A DNA stretch of 59,742 nucleotides from a virus. Its lineage: Duplodnaviria > Caudoviricetes. The stretch spans positions 1 to 59,742 of the IMG/VR virus record IMGVR_UViG_3300008110_000054; one strand, 5' to 3'. How positions within the stretch are numbered: the first letter of the stretch is position 1; every line of letters starts with the position of its first letter. The notes below the pieces were generated by a model, which saw only the letters and a program-made list of their open reading frames with translations, ran no database searches and was not told the origin of the DNA. The translations under genes were made by a program, and so were the position numbers. Shown here one piece after another: positions 8,886-17,758 of this stretch.

Positions 8886-10679
8886 TTATGCCCCTGGAGA
8901 CAATACGGCTACCGCGTCTAGTATTCCTATTTCTCCAAGATAGCCGTCGCTAGCTGATCTGCTGATGGTGAACAGAACAACGTCGGATTCGGATACCGAG
9001 AAAGATGCGCTGGTCTTTTCTATGTAGTTGTCAGTAGACAGGGCCATACCAGTAGTGAAAGACAGGTAGGTGTCAGAAGAAGGTATGGCTGCTTGAGTTG
9101 TAGCCCTGGGCAATCTTCTGTAGCTGACAACCAAAGCTGGGAAGTTAGTGGTAGTAGCGTCTCCAGTCAACCAAAGACGCAACTTCAGTGTTGGAGAGCT
9201 AGGTAAACCGCCAGAGCCTGGCAGTTTAAACTTGTACCTTACTGAAGACGCTATTCCAGAAGGCATACCTAAATACATTATGTCGTCTTCGTATCTTTCC
9301 TTGACGTCTACTAGACGAACTACTTGCGGCACTAACAGACGCTCGACGCCTTCAAAGTTAGCCTCGATAGTCACTATGCCTTGGTGTATAGTCTGACCGC
9401 TTTCAACTCTTGAAGCCGTGCTGGTTATGCTGACAGAGTCGTTTGCAGCTTTGATTCCGCCTACTACGTATCCTCTCGTAAACGTAGTTCCAGACAAACT
9501 TTTCAAAGCTTTAGTGCTTACATGATCTTCAGTAGAGGAGATCATGAAATTGCTGTTCAATTTGATTTTTAGGTCGCCAGACACCGCTGCATTATTGTCT
9601 AGATTAGTCACAACAAGAGGAGAGTCTGCCCTCAGCGAACTGACGATGCTCACACCAGCAGCGTACCTGACTTTAGAAAAATACAGGACCAGGTCTCTGT
9701 AGCTGCTTGGCAAAGAACATGACGATGTGTTTGAAACTATTTCAGAAACGGCTTCGCCATAGCTGGTGTCAATATCCCAAGGAGCAGAGCCGTAGCAATC
9801 AGCCATCCACCATATGCCGTTCCTGTCAATTACGGCTATGCCGCCGTCACCTACAGGTATTTCTTGGCCAAAATTTCTAACGCCGCCAAATATAACCAAA
9901 CAGGCAGACGATTCTGGAATAGGAGGCCAGTTGCTTTGCAGCTCTGGATGCTCTGGCAAGTTGTAGCCAAAAGCAGCGCCTACTGGGGCCAAGTCATTGA
10001 ACGATGCGTGATCTGCTGGCAGCCAACCCTGAAGACTGGGGTCAGCAGACGTTATAGTGTAACGCTCGCCTATGCTTGGAGAATTTATAGCGCCTGCTGG
10101 ATCAGTTGATAGCGCAATTCTGTAATGGCTGTGGCTGTCTGTTAAATTCTTTGCCTGAATTTGCACATAGACAGTATCGACACCGTCGTAGTAAAGAACG
10201 GGCACAGAAACACTAGACGATTGTTTTACAAGTTTGCCTGGCTCTAAACCTGACAAATAGTATCGTCCGTCTTCAGGTGTTCCTACAGTAGCTGCGGATA
10301 TGTCTAAGGTAATGCGCCCAGCCGTAATTAAAGTGGCTACTGTGCTTGACGTTTTTTCGTATACCACACCGATAACTTCAGCTGACGGAGCGTTAGTTAA
10401 AATATTGTCTTGGCTCTGCTCAACCACGGCCAAAGCTTTTTCAAATCTTTGATTGTCTGCGTTCCAATAGACGGCGTTACCGACAACAACGTCGGCAGAC
10501 ACATTAACATCAAATGCAAATATGGCTTGTCCTGCTCCGTCAGCAGCCAAAGCGTCAATTCTGTCTTTTAGATATTGTGTGCGATCAGTAAGAGCGCGAT
10601 CTGGACGGCCAGAAACTGTGGCGTCTACGCGTTCTCCGTCCTGAATGAAGTTTATGTTTGCATTCCAGCTTCCAGCCAT
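8886..10679 (-). CDS. Baseplate/tail fibre-associated structural protein
   Basis: N-terminal DGERVDA...RP...L.DRTQYLKDRI fibre-anchor-like motif; beta-rich; context. Confidence 0.55.
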   Translation of the reverse strand: MAGSWNANINFIQDGERVDATVSGRPDRALTDRTQYLKDRIDALAADGAGQAIFAFDVNVSADVVVGNAVYWNADNQRFEKALAVVEQSQDNILTNAPSAEVIGVVYEKTSSTVATLITAGRITLDISAATVGTPEDGRYYLSGLEPGKLVKQSSSVSVPVLYYDGVDTVYVQIQAKNLTDSHSHYRIALSTDPAGAINSPSIGERYTITSADPSLQGWLPADHASFNDLAPVGAAFGYNLPEHPELQSNWPPIPESSACLVIFGGVRNFGQEIPVGDGGIAVIDRNGIWWMADCYGSAPWDIDTSYGEAVSEIVSNTSSCSLPSSYRDLVLYFSKVRYAAGVSIVSSLRADSPLVVTNLDNNAAVSGDLKIKLNSNFMISSTEDHVSTKALKSLSGTTFTRGYVVGGIKAANDSVSITSTASRVESGQTIHQGIVTIEANFEGVERLLVPQVVRLVDVKERYEDDIMYLGMPSGIASSVRYKFKLPGSGGLPSSPTLKLRLWLTGDATTTNFPALVVSYRRLPRATTQAAIPSSDTYLSFTTGMALSTDNYIEKTSASFSVSESDVVLFTISRSASDGYLGEIGILDAVAVLSPGA

Positions 10680-10758
10680 CTAGCAGCCCTCTGGTCGGTT
10701 GAATTTTTGTGCTAGCTGCATGTATGTACGTCTGTAAGTATTCTACTAAAAATTAGCT

Positions 10759-11328
10759 TTACTTGAAACGTTCAACCCAGCTCACGCCTATTTGGCTAGA
10801 AGCCTGTTTAGCGACCATATTCGCAGTGCTGTAGTATTTCCTGGCGAATACTACATCTTGAGTTCTGTCGCTCCAAACAGGGGTGGCTACCAAAGCCACA
10901 CCATAAACTTTGCTGTTGACTGTGTCAGAAAACGTCTTGCCGTTAACGCCCAAAACGCCAGAAGTTTGAGCTATAAACGTTAACTGATTGAAACTGATGT
11001 TTGAGTAGCCTGGAGCAACGGCTTTGGCTGGAGCCGACAGCATCGGTACTCTGAGATAGTCTTTGGTCAGAGAGGAAGCTAGGTTTGTGTAATATTCCAA
11101 ACCTTCGCTGCGAGCGTAGGTTGGGACAGACGGAGTGCCAGAAGTGTTTTCAAACTCGATGTACATCGCTGACAGCTTATACGCTGGGTTGCCGTCTCCA
11201 AATAAATGGCAAGCTATCTCTCCCCAACTCCATTGAATTTGGTTGGCGCAAGTAGACAAAAGTTTCCACTCACCGCTTTCAACGCTGTAAGTAGATACTT
11301 CACCTTTTACTGCTGGGCTATTGTCCAT
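10759..11328 (-). CDS. Putative baseplate protein
   Basis: 189-aa beta-rich ORF with RBS in the baseplate cluster; VFARKY...K....I.VSW C-terminus resembles fibre-attachment domains. Confidence 0.45.
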   Translation of the reverse strand: MDNSPAVKGEVSTYSVESGEWKLLSTCANQIQWSWGEIACHLFGDGNPAYKLSAMYIEFENTSGTPSVPTYARSEGLEYYTNLASSLTKDYLRVPMLSAPAKAVAPGYSNISFNQLTFIAQTSGVLGVNGKTFSDTVNSKVYGVALVATPVWSDRTQDVVFARKYYSTANMVAKQASSQIGVSWVERFK

Positions 11329-11335
11329 GGCTTCC

Positions 11336-12817
11336 TCACACGATGTAACCGCGAACTAATCTACTGGTGATTATTTCTTGCGTGTTGTTTTCGTTATTGT
11401 TTTCCAAAGTGTTGGCAGTTCGGAAATTGGTTATAGTGTTATCTTCGTCTATTGTGCTGTTTTCTTCAATAGACGGCAACTCAACGAAAAGCAACAAAGT
11501 AGAATGCGGAGGCATAAGCTTTTTAACATAAGAAAGCTTATTTATTCCAACTGCGTCTGGATCGACCGCTTCCGCTTTCAAGCTGACAAGCAAAGCGCCG
11601 TATCTAAACAAGTTATCTACTAAAAACCCAAACGGATTTATTTCAGTTGGTAGGTTGTCGGCAGTAGGTTGGCCTACCTTTGTTGTCCTACTGTCTAAAG
11701 TTTCAGCTAGTGTTTTTCCACTAGCTATGCCAGCGGCATGAACTCTGTCCCAAAAAGCTTCCACATCAAACGGGTGGCCGCCGACTGGAAAAGTAATTAT
11801 TGTCTTACCGTTAAGATCGGAAGTTACTGTGGTAGGAAGGTTTTTATTTTCAAAACCTATCTCTCCAGAGTAGCCTCCTGGCAATAAGTCCTTGTACAGG
11901 CCTATGCCGCTTATATCAGCTGGCACTTCGCCTCTGTTAAACTCGTAATATTTAAAAGCTGACGTTATTGACTGATCTTCTTTTAATTCGTCACCAATTG
12001 ACACAGTCACGTCTGCGTTAAGAGACAGCTTGTAAATGTTTTTGTCTGTCACTACCAGTTTATTTCTAGAATCTTGCGATATGTCTGTTACCGTCTCATT
12101 GCCTTTGGCTAGAGGTATGCCTGTGGCTATGGATATGGCGTCTAGAGTTCTACCAGCGGAGGTGCCTAACACCAAGGAGTCAAACACGCTGTTTACTAAA
12201 TCTTTGTAGCTCTGCGTAGTCTGAGCCCACAAAGAAACTACATACCCAAAATGGGTGTACACATACTGCTTGTCGATACTGGGTCTACACAGCCAAAGTA
12301 TTGACTCTAAATCTCCATCATCTAATGTTTGTTGAGAAAACCCAGAAATAGTCAAAGGGTTTTGCCTGAATTGAATTACCTTGTAAGTTTTATTTATTAC
12401 AAAGTCTATTCCACTAACCCATACTATCGACGGGTCAGTTATTCTATTTGTTATTATTTTGCAGTCTAAAAGGTCTTCGGATATAGGATAAACAAACGGA
12501 AGAGTCGCTGACCTTTTACCGTATATGGAACCGTCGCCGTAAGAAGTGTCTTCGCCGTACAGGTTGGGAAAGTCAGAAACAACAGACTGTTTAACAGAAA
12601 GAAACCTCCAGTATTCCTTTTTGTATAAAGGAACACCTATTCTGCTTCTACAGTCTATGGCTTCTTGTAGTCTGTCAAAGGTTTGTTTGGTAAGAGTCGA
12701 TCTGGCTAGAAGAGCTTCGGCCAAAAAATTCTGACCTTGATACGTGTCGCTCCAAAATCCTCCCAACAGACGTAGGAGCTGTTCCCTGTCGTCTAGCTGG
12801 GTTGGAAAAGCGTCCAT
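11336..12817 (-). CDS. Putative baseplate wedge protein
   Basis: Downstream of the baseplate J-like gene; LGGFWS N-terminus and YVKKLMPPHS C-terminal motif resembling P2 gpI/T4 gp7-like wedge proteins. Confidence 0.55.
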   Translation of the reverse strand: MDAFPTQLDDREQLLRLLGGFWSDTYQGQNFLAEALLARSTLTKQTFDRLQEAIDCRSRIGVPLYKKEYWRFLSVKQSVVSDFPNLYGEDTSYGDGSIYGKRSATLPFVYPISEDLLDCKIITNRITDPSIVWVSGIDFVINKTYKVIQFRQNPLTISGFSQQTLDDGDLESILWLCRPSIDKQYVYTHFGYVVSLWAQTTQSYKDLVNSVFDSLVLGTSAGRTLDAISIATGIPLAKGNETVTDISQDSRNKLVVTDKNIYKLSLNADVTVSIGDELKEDQSITSAFKYYEFNRGEVPADISGIGLYKDLLPGGYSGEIGFENKNLPTTVTSDLNGKTIITFPVGGHPFDVEAFWDRVHAAGIASGKTLAETLDSRTTKVGQPTADNLPTEINPFGFLVDNLFRYGALLVSLKAEAVDPDAVGINKLSYVKKLMPPHSTLLLFVELPSIEENSTIDEDNTITNFRTANTLENNNENNTQEIITSRLVRGYIV

Positions 12818-13926
12818 TAGGACTTCTTACCTTTTTTTGTAGAGTTCAAATCAAACTCAAACGTCATGCTTTGGATTTCTCCAAAGACTTGTCTGAATTT
12901 GGCTTTACCCTTTGTTGTGAAATCTTCTTGGTCAATCGTTATGTAGACATTGCTGTGCTTCTTGGCTGACAAAATGCTGTTGGCGCTGTTTGAATCTTTG
13001 CAGCCCATCACAAAAGCTGGAGGGTTGATAAGACCCCATCCGTAATCTTGATCAAAACCTGCTTGCCCTGCGTCAAACGCAGTCGCCTGAAGCTGCTTGA
13101 GTATTGAATCATGGCTTAGGTCTGGCGGCGTCTTAGTCTTTTTGGCCTTTTCATAAGCCAACTTTAAAGCCACAACACCAGACACAAAAGGAGCGGCCAT
13201 GGAAGTTCCAGACAGCTTTGCAAAGTTTTTTGGAGGATAAGTCGATAGGATGTCTACTCCAGGCGCGGCGATGTCAACTTCAGCGCCCCTGCTGGAGAAC
13301 TTAGCTATTCTTCTTTGAAAGTCTACAGCTGCCACAGAAATTACTTCTGAATATTTACCTGGGTAACCTACAGTTTGAGGTCCAGGCCCTTCGTTACCAG
13401 CAGCAGCTACCATCAACACGCCTTTGCTGTAAGCATGTTTGACGGCTTTTCTTATTTTTGGATCATCCACAGGAGCGCCGAAGCTCATTGAGATGATGTC
13501 TGCTTTTTTCTCTACAGCCCACAGTATGCCTTTGGCTATGGAATCTGGACTGCCGACTCCGTAGTCATTAAGAACCTTACCGACTAAAAGCTTGGAGTTG
13601 TGAGCAACGCCCACAACTCCAACATCGTTTCTTTCTGCGGCTATTACACCGCAGCAGTGGGTGCCGTGGCCGTTAGTGTCGCCTGGACCTACTTTGCTAT
13701 TGGTAAAATCCGTAGCATCTTCGATCTGGTTTTTTAGATCTGGATGCAGAATGGCGCAACCAGTATCCAGAACCGCTACCTTTATTCCCCTGCCTGTAGT
13801 TTTTTTCCATATGCTAGGAATCCCAAGTTCTTTGAGACTCCAGTCCATGGATTCAGAGCAGGTCACCACAAGCTGGTGAACAGTGAAGTCAGGTATGCGG
13901 AAATCTGGATGCCTGGTTTTAGCCAT
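12817..13926 (-). CDS. Subtilisin-family (S8) serine protease, intracellular-subtilisin-like
   Basis: Catalytic motifs VAVLDTG, GHGTHCCG, AAAGNEG, SGTSMAAP; no signal peptide or I9 prodomain; short N-terminal FRIPDF extension. Confidence 0.96.
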   Translation of the reverse strand: MAKTRHPDFRIPDFTVHQLVVTCSESMDWSLKELGIPSIWKKTTGRGIKVAVLDTGCAILHPDLKNQIEDATDFTNSKVGPGDTNGHGTHCCGVIAAERNDVGVVGVAHNSKLLVGKVLNDYGVGSPDSIAKGILWAVEKKADIISMSFGAPVDDPKIRKAVKHAYSKGVLMVAAAGNEGPGPQTVGYPGKYSEVISVAAVDFQRRIAKFSSRGAEVDIAAPGVDILSTYPPKNFAKLSGTSMAAPFVSGVVALKLAYEKAKKTKTPPDLSHDSILKQLQATAFDAGQAGFDQDYGWGLINPPAFVMGCKDSNSANSILSAKKHSNVYITIDQEDFTTKGKAKFRQVFGEIQSMTFEFDLNSTKKGKKS

Positions 13927-13938
13927 CACAAACGCCTC

Positions 13939-14259
13939 TTACTTGGCAAGCCACTTGATAACCAGCTTGATGATTACAGGCAGCAGCCACATTGGAATAG
14001 CGGCCTTAGCTACAGGCTGGTCCGTGCTGACCAAAGCAGAAAGAGCCTCGGCAACCTTCTTCTTGGTCACGCGACCTTCTGGAACATTTGCAGAAACTGT
14101 TACAGCCGATCCAGCAAACGTCTCTACCAACCATTGAGCTACCTTTAGCCCAAGGGTAATAGCCTTCCACTTATCAAAGTTTTTCTTATCGCTAAGAAGT
14201 TGAACAAACTCCTGGATAAGCTCTGTAGGAAGGGCCACACTAGCATTGAAATCCGACAT
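13939..14259 (-). CDS. Small amphipathic/membrane-associated protein
   Basis: Strong RBS (AAGGAGG); helices WKAITLGLKVAQWLV and IPMWLLPVIIKLVIKWLAK. Confidence 0.6.
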   Translation of the reverse strand: MSDFNASVALPTELIQEFVQLLSDKKNFDKWKAITLGLKVAQWLVETFAGSAVTVSANVPEGRVTKKKVAEALSALVSTDQPVAKAAIPMWLLPVIIKLVIKWLAK

Positions 14260-14338
14260 AGAGAACCTCCTTATCGCAACAGAACTGTTGCACGGTCATA
14301 TTACCAGACTTCCTGTCAGATTTCGACTGCTAATTTAA

Positions 14339-15991
14339 TTAACTGGTCAAATCGTCTACATTCTGCACAGAAAGGCCTACGTCTGCAGAGTCTAATATAA
14401 ATATAGCTGTTTTTGGCGAAACCATAGCACTTGGTTCGTTAGGAATTTCAAGGATGTCGAAATCCCTTATGAATTTAAGGGTGCCGTCAGGCTTTCTGAT
14501 TTTGCCAAACATTTCTATGCTACTTGCTGTTTGGGTCGAATTAAGGAATTCATGAATAACAGAATGCAGAGTAGAAGCAGCCAATCTTCCCACAAATCCC
14601 ATATTGTTTACTTTATCTGCTAGAGCTTTTTTTATAGCGTCAGTATCTATAGCTGCATCAGTTAGCTTTTTGTAGATAACAAAAGACAATCTTAGATCAC
14701 AGGGTACTGGTGCTTTTACAAGGACATCACCAGCTGTGGGCCTAACATCCCTACCTGCTACAAAGTCTTGCAGAGCACGAATTTGAGGCATGCCTCTTAA
14801 AAAGAGGTCGTAACTAGCGGTGCTGCCTACAGATAGCTGAGGATCTGTTGTAGTGTCGATAAACCTGACGACAGACGTTTGAAAACAGGAATAAGCAGCT
14901 TCAGCCGCGTTGGTTATGTCAGGTAGAAAAGTTGTGCTTTCTCCAGACAAATCAAAACTTCTAGCGTCTTGGTCTATTTCCAAACCTGTTTGGGTGTCGC
15001 TGTCCACAACATCTGACTTTAAAATTTTATTGATGTCATAGAATCCTGGCAGATCGTTTTTTAGTATCGCTACCTGCCACAGCCCTCCACCGTTCTTCCT
15101 TCCGACAAGGGTAGCGGTCTTGGTGACTTTTACTGTGCTAGGCACTGGTTGTACTTGGGTGTATATGTCCAACCGATTACCAGAAGCTATGGGGAACAAG
15201 CTGTGATACCTAACTTGTTCAGCGTCCCCAAAGCCTATGCTGGAAATGTCTAAAATTGACTTAAACGCCGCTTGATCTCTAATCATGGCGTTTATAGTTT
15301 TTCTGTTTGAAACATTCTTAGACGAGATGCCTTCTTGAAGCCTTGTAACAAAGGCTTCGTTGTTTTCGTAGTCCGCGCCGCTGGTAAAACTGCTTTCAGC
15401 ATAAGCAGTAACAAAATAAGGAATAGAAGTAGATGGGGTAAGCTTTGTATTTCTTTTTATGTTACCGTCTGCGCCCACAGCGTCAGCTGTAAGTTGAATA
15501 GTGTAATAAAAAGTACCGTCGCCAACAGGTTTTATCAAAGAATCTGTAGAGTTGACTATCTGACTTTGCGATGTTCTTCCAAAAAATGTAGCTGTTGGAG
15601 TAAAAGTTTTACCGTCTGCGGAAAAAGTAGTGGCTATGGACACAGACGACGGTATGAATTGGTTGATTACTATTACAGCTCTTCCTGTAGCGTTGCTGCC
15701 AGGGTACCTTGTGGCTCTAAAGTTTGAAGCTATTTCATCTAAAACTTCGTCAGTAGCCAGAGTAGGATCTTGGCTAACAGCTAAAAGTGAGCCAGATTTT
15801 CTCAACACATCTGCGTATTGATCCTGACCTGTTTGAAGTATCGCTTCTAAATGAAACAAGATGTCGTACAGTACGCCTCGTCTAGTTTCCACATTTGGTG
15901 AATATTCCGAGACGCGCTGTACTATGTAAGCGTGCGCTTGGTCAACAGCTTCAGAATTTAAAGTAGTTAGATCGGGTAGTTCGATAGCCAT
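14339..15991 (-). CDS. Baseplate J-like wedge protein
   Basis: LDEIASNF..TR..G..ATG, A..VG.DGNI, SG.D.E.NE.FV.RL signature segments; follows the gp25-like gene. Confidence 0.85.
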   Translation of the reverse strand: MAIELPDLTTLNSEAVDQAHAYIVQRVSEYSPNVETRRGVLYDILFHLEAILQTGQDQYADVLRKSGSLLAVSQDPTLATDEVLDEIASNFRATRYPGSNATGRAVIVINQFIPSSVSIATTFSADGKTFTPTATFFGRTSQSQIVNSTDSLIKPVGDGTFYYTIQLTADAVGADGNIKRNTKLTPSTSIPYFVTAYAESSFTSGADYENNEAFVTRLQEGISSKNVSNRKTINAMIRDQAAFKSILDISSIGFGDAEQVRYHSLFPIASGNRLDIYTQVQPVPSTVKVTKTATLVGRKNGGGLWQVAILKNDLPGFYDINKILKSDVVDSDTQTGLEIDQDARSFDLSGESTTFLPDITNAAEAAYSCFQTSVVRFIDTTTDPQLSVGSTASYDLFLRGMPQIRALQDFVAGRDVRPTAGDVLVKAPVPCDLRLSFVIYKKLTDAAIDTDAIKKALADKVNNMGFVGRLAASTLHSVIHEFLNSTQTASSIEMFGKIRKPDGTLKFIRDFDILEIPNEPSAMVSPKTAIFILDSADVGLSVQNVDDLTS

Positions 15992-15992
15992 T

Positions 15993-16469
15993 TTAGATTA
16001 ACCCTGCTGTGACGCTTATAGGTAAGATCACGGTTCTAGAAGTCCCAGCAACGCTGAGCACGGTTACTTCTAGTATTAATTTACCATCATCTGTCAGAGA
16101 AAACCCGTCCAAAGTAGCTGTGGAATACCTCTCATCTTCTGGATCGGTTGATTTATCTTCGTTTTTTAAATTAGTGCCTACTTCTGATTCTGCTGCAGAA
16201 AAATACGCTACCACGTCTACGTTGTTTTGGATGCTTCCTGACCTGACGTTCGTGATAAACGAGCTACCTCTTTCAAGTTTGTAAGGAATAGAGCCAGTAG
16301 GAGTAAGAAACTCAAGCACCCACCTCTGAGCTAACTTCTGCACGCCAGTACAGATAAGTCCGCCATTATCGTCAGACACTAGTGACTGACTTAATTCTGT
16401 AACGCCTTTATTAGGCTGGAAAGCCAGTATGTCAAACTTTCTGCCTTGGTAGTCAGCTATGGTTGCCAT
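15993..16469 (-). CDS. gp25-like baseplate wedge/sheath initiator
   Basis: GVQKLAQRWVLEFLTPTGS......GS motif, 158 aa, immediately upstream of baseplate J. Confidence 0.75.
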   Translation of the reverse strand: MATIADYQGRKFDILAFQPNKGVTELSQSLVSDDNGGLICTGVQKLAQRWVLEFLTPTGSIPYKLERGSSFITNVRSGSIQNNVDVVAYFSAAESEVGTNLKNEDKSTDPEDERYSTATLDGFSLTDDGKLILEVTVLSVAGTSRTVILPISVTAGLI

Positions 16470-16915
16470 TATTGGCCTCTAGATATTACATTCTGCAAGT
16501 TATTGATCGACCAATTCTCAAGGTTTCCTTCACCTTGTAGAAATCGCCTATCAGCAGCGAACAGTTCTGAACGTATTGTCCCAGCGTGCCTAGTTCTAAA
16601 AGCTCTGTCCATGGCTGCTAGGTAATCGCTTTGAAATTTCATAGCTATCTTGTCGGATACGGTGCCTGGGTCTTCTTGATTCATTATTTCGTTAAAGGTG
16701 TCTACTATTTCTGATCGGTCAAAGGCTTGCTTCATACCAGTCAGATCAGTCACATCCCCGTCCCAGCCTCCCGTGCTTGTGGCTCCAAGCATCCAAACCC
16801 TGCCTACGCCGTATTCTTTGGCAGCCTCTGAGCACTTTTTATTTTGTTCAGACAAAGCCTTAACCTGGTCCTGCATGGACGCCACGATCTTGGCTTTGCT
16901 TTTACCTTCAGCCAT
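16469..16915 (-). CDS. Hypothetical protein
   Basis: ORF with RBS, translationally coupled to the next gene. Confidence 0.6.
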   Translation of the reverse strand: MAEGKSKAKIVASMQDQVKALSEQNKKCSEAAKEYGVGRVWMLGATSTGGWDGDVTDLTGMKQAFDRSEIVDTFNEIMNQEDPGTVSDKIAMKFQSDYLAAMDRAFRTRHAGTIRSELFAADRRFLQGEGNLENWSINNLQNVISRGQ

Positions 16916-16922
16916 GTGTCAC

Positions 16923-17753
16923 CTATAACAAATTGAGGTTGTCGCGCTTATCCAGTTCTTGTTGGATTTTATTTTTGCGAATACTAATAGCAGCAGGGCT
17001 AACGCGTAACTTTGCGGCTATCTGTTGATTAGAAAGTTGTTTCTTACCGTTAAGACCAAAAGAATGTTCCATAATTAGCTTGTCTACATCACCAAGACTG
17101 TCGTAGACAAATGAATGCCATGCAGACATTTCTCTTGAACCGCCTTGCGCTCTAACTTCTGGGTCATTGAAATCTGTGTTGTCTGATCCTACCATCGGTT
17201 TTAAAACAGAACCTTCGCTAGAAGGCATTTGCAGCTTACGAACGTAAGCTATTCTTTTCAAAGACAGAGAAGTAGCGTCAGCCAATTCTGTGTCTGTTGG
17301 ATCTCTCCCTAAATCGTCTTTAAGTTGATTTTCGGTTTTAGACAGGTTTGCGTAGTCTAATTGAACCTGCTCGGGAATGCTTATTATCTGTGACTGCTGT
17401 AAAGAAAATCTTTTTAATCCCTGCAGTTGATTGAAAGCGTAAGTTTTAAGTTTAGTGGCTGTAGGGTCATATTTAGGCAGGGTATCTATGAGTATTTTTT
17501 TAGCCCTACTTCTGATAATAGGGTTATTAGATCCTCCGTAAGTTTTAACAGCGTTATCGATAACTGGGTTTAAAACTTTAAGAAGCTCGTCGTTAGTTTG
17601 TGGGGTTGGAGACTTTTTCCAGTTATCAAACGCTTGAGCGTACTCTGGCTCTATGGCCATAGGAGTAGCCTGCTCAGGAGCCTTAGGTGGCCTGGGACCA
17701 CCAGTTGGCTGAGTAGGTTCAGTTACTCCTGGCAATTTATAATATCCAGCCAT
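16923..17753 (-). CDS. Sigma-70 family RNA polymerase sigma factor (regions 2-3-4)
   Basis: KYDP...KLKTYAFNQLQG (region 2.3-2.4), LGRDPTDTELADATSLS (region 3), LSNQQIAAKLRVSPAAISIRKNKI (region 4 HTH); start placed at MAGYY to avoid overlap. Confidence 0.9.
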   Translation of the reverse strand: MAGYYKLPGVTEPTQPTGGPRPPKAPEQATPMAIEPEYAQAFDNWKKSPTPQTNDELLKVLNPVIDNAVKTYGGSNNPIIRSRAKKILIDTLPKYDPTATKLKTYAFNQLQGLKRFSLQQSQIISIPEQVQLDYANLSKTENQLKDDLGRDPTDTELADATSLSLKRIAYVRKLQMPSSEGSVLKPMVGSDNTDFNDPEVRAQGGSREMSAWHSFVYDSLGDVDKLIMEHSFGLNGKKQLSNQQIAAKLRVSPAAISIRKNKIQQELDKRDNLNLL

Positions 17754-17758
17754 AGTTA

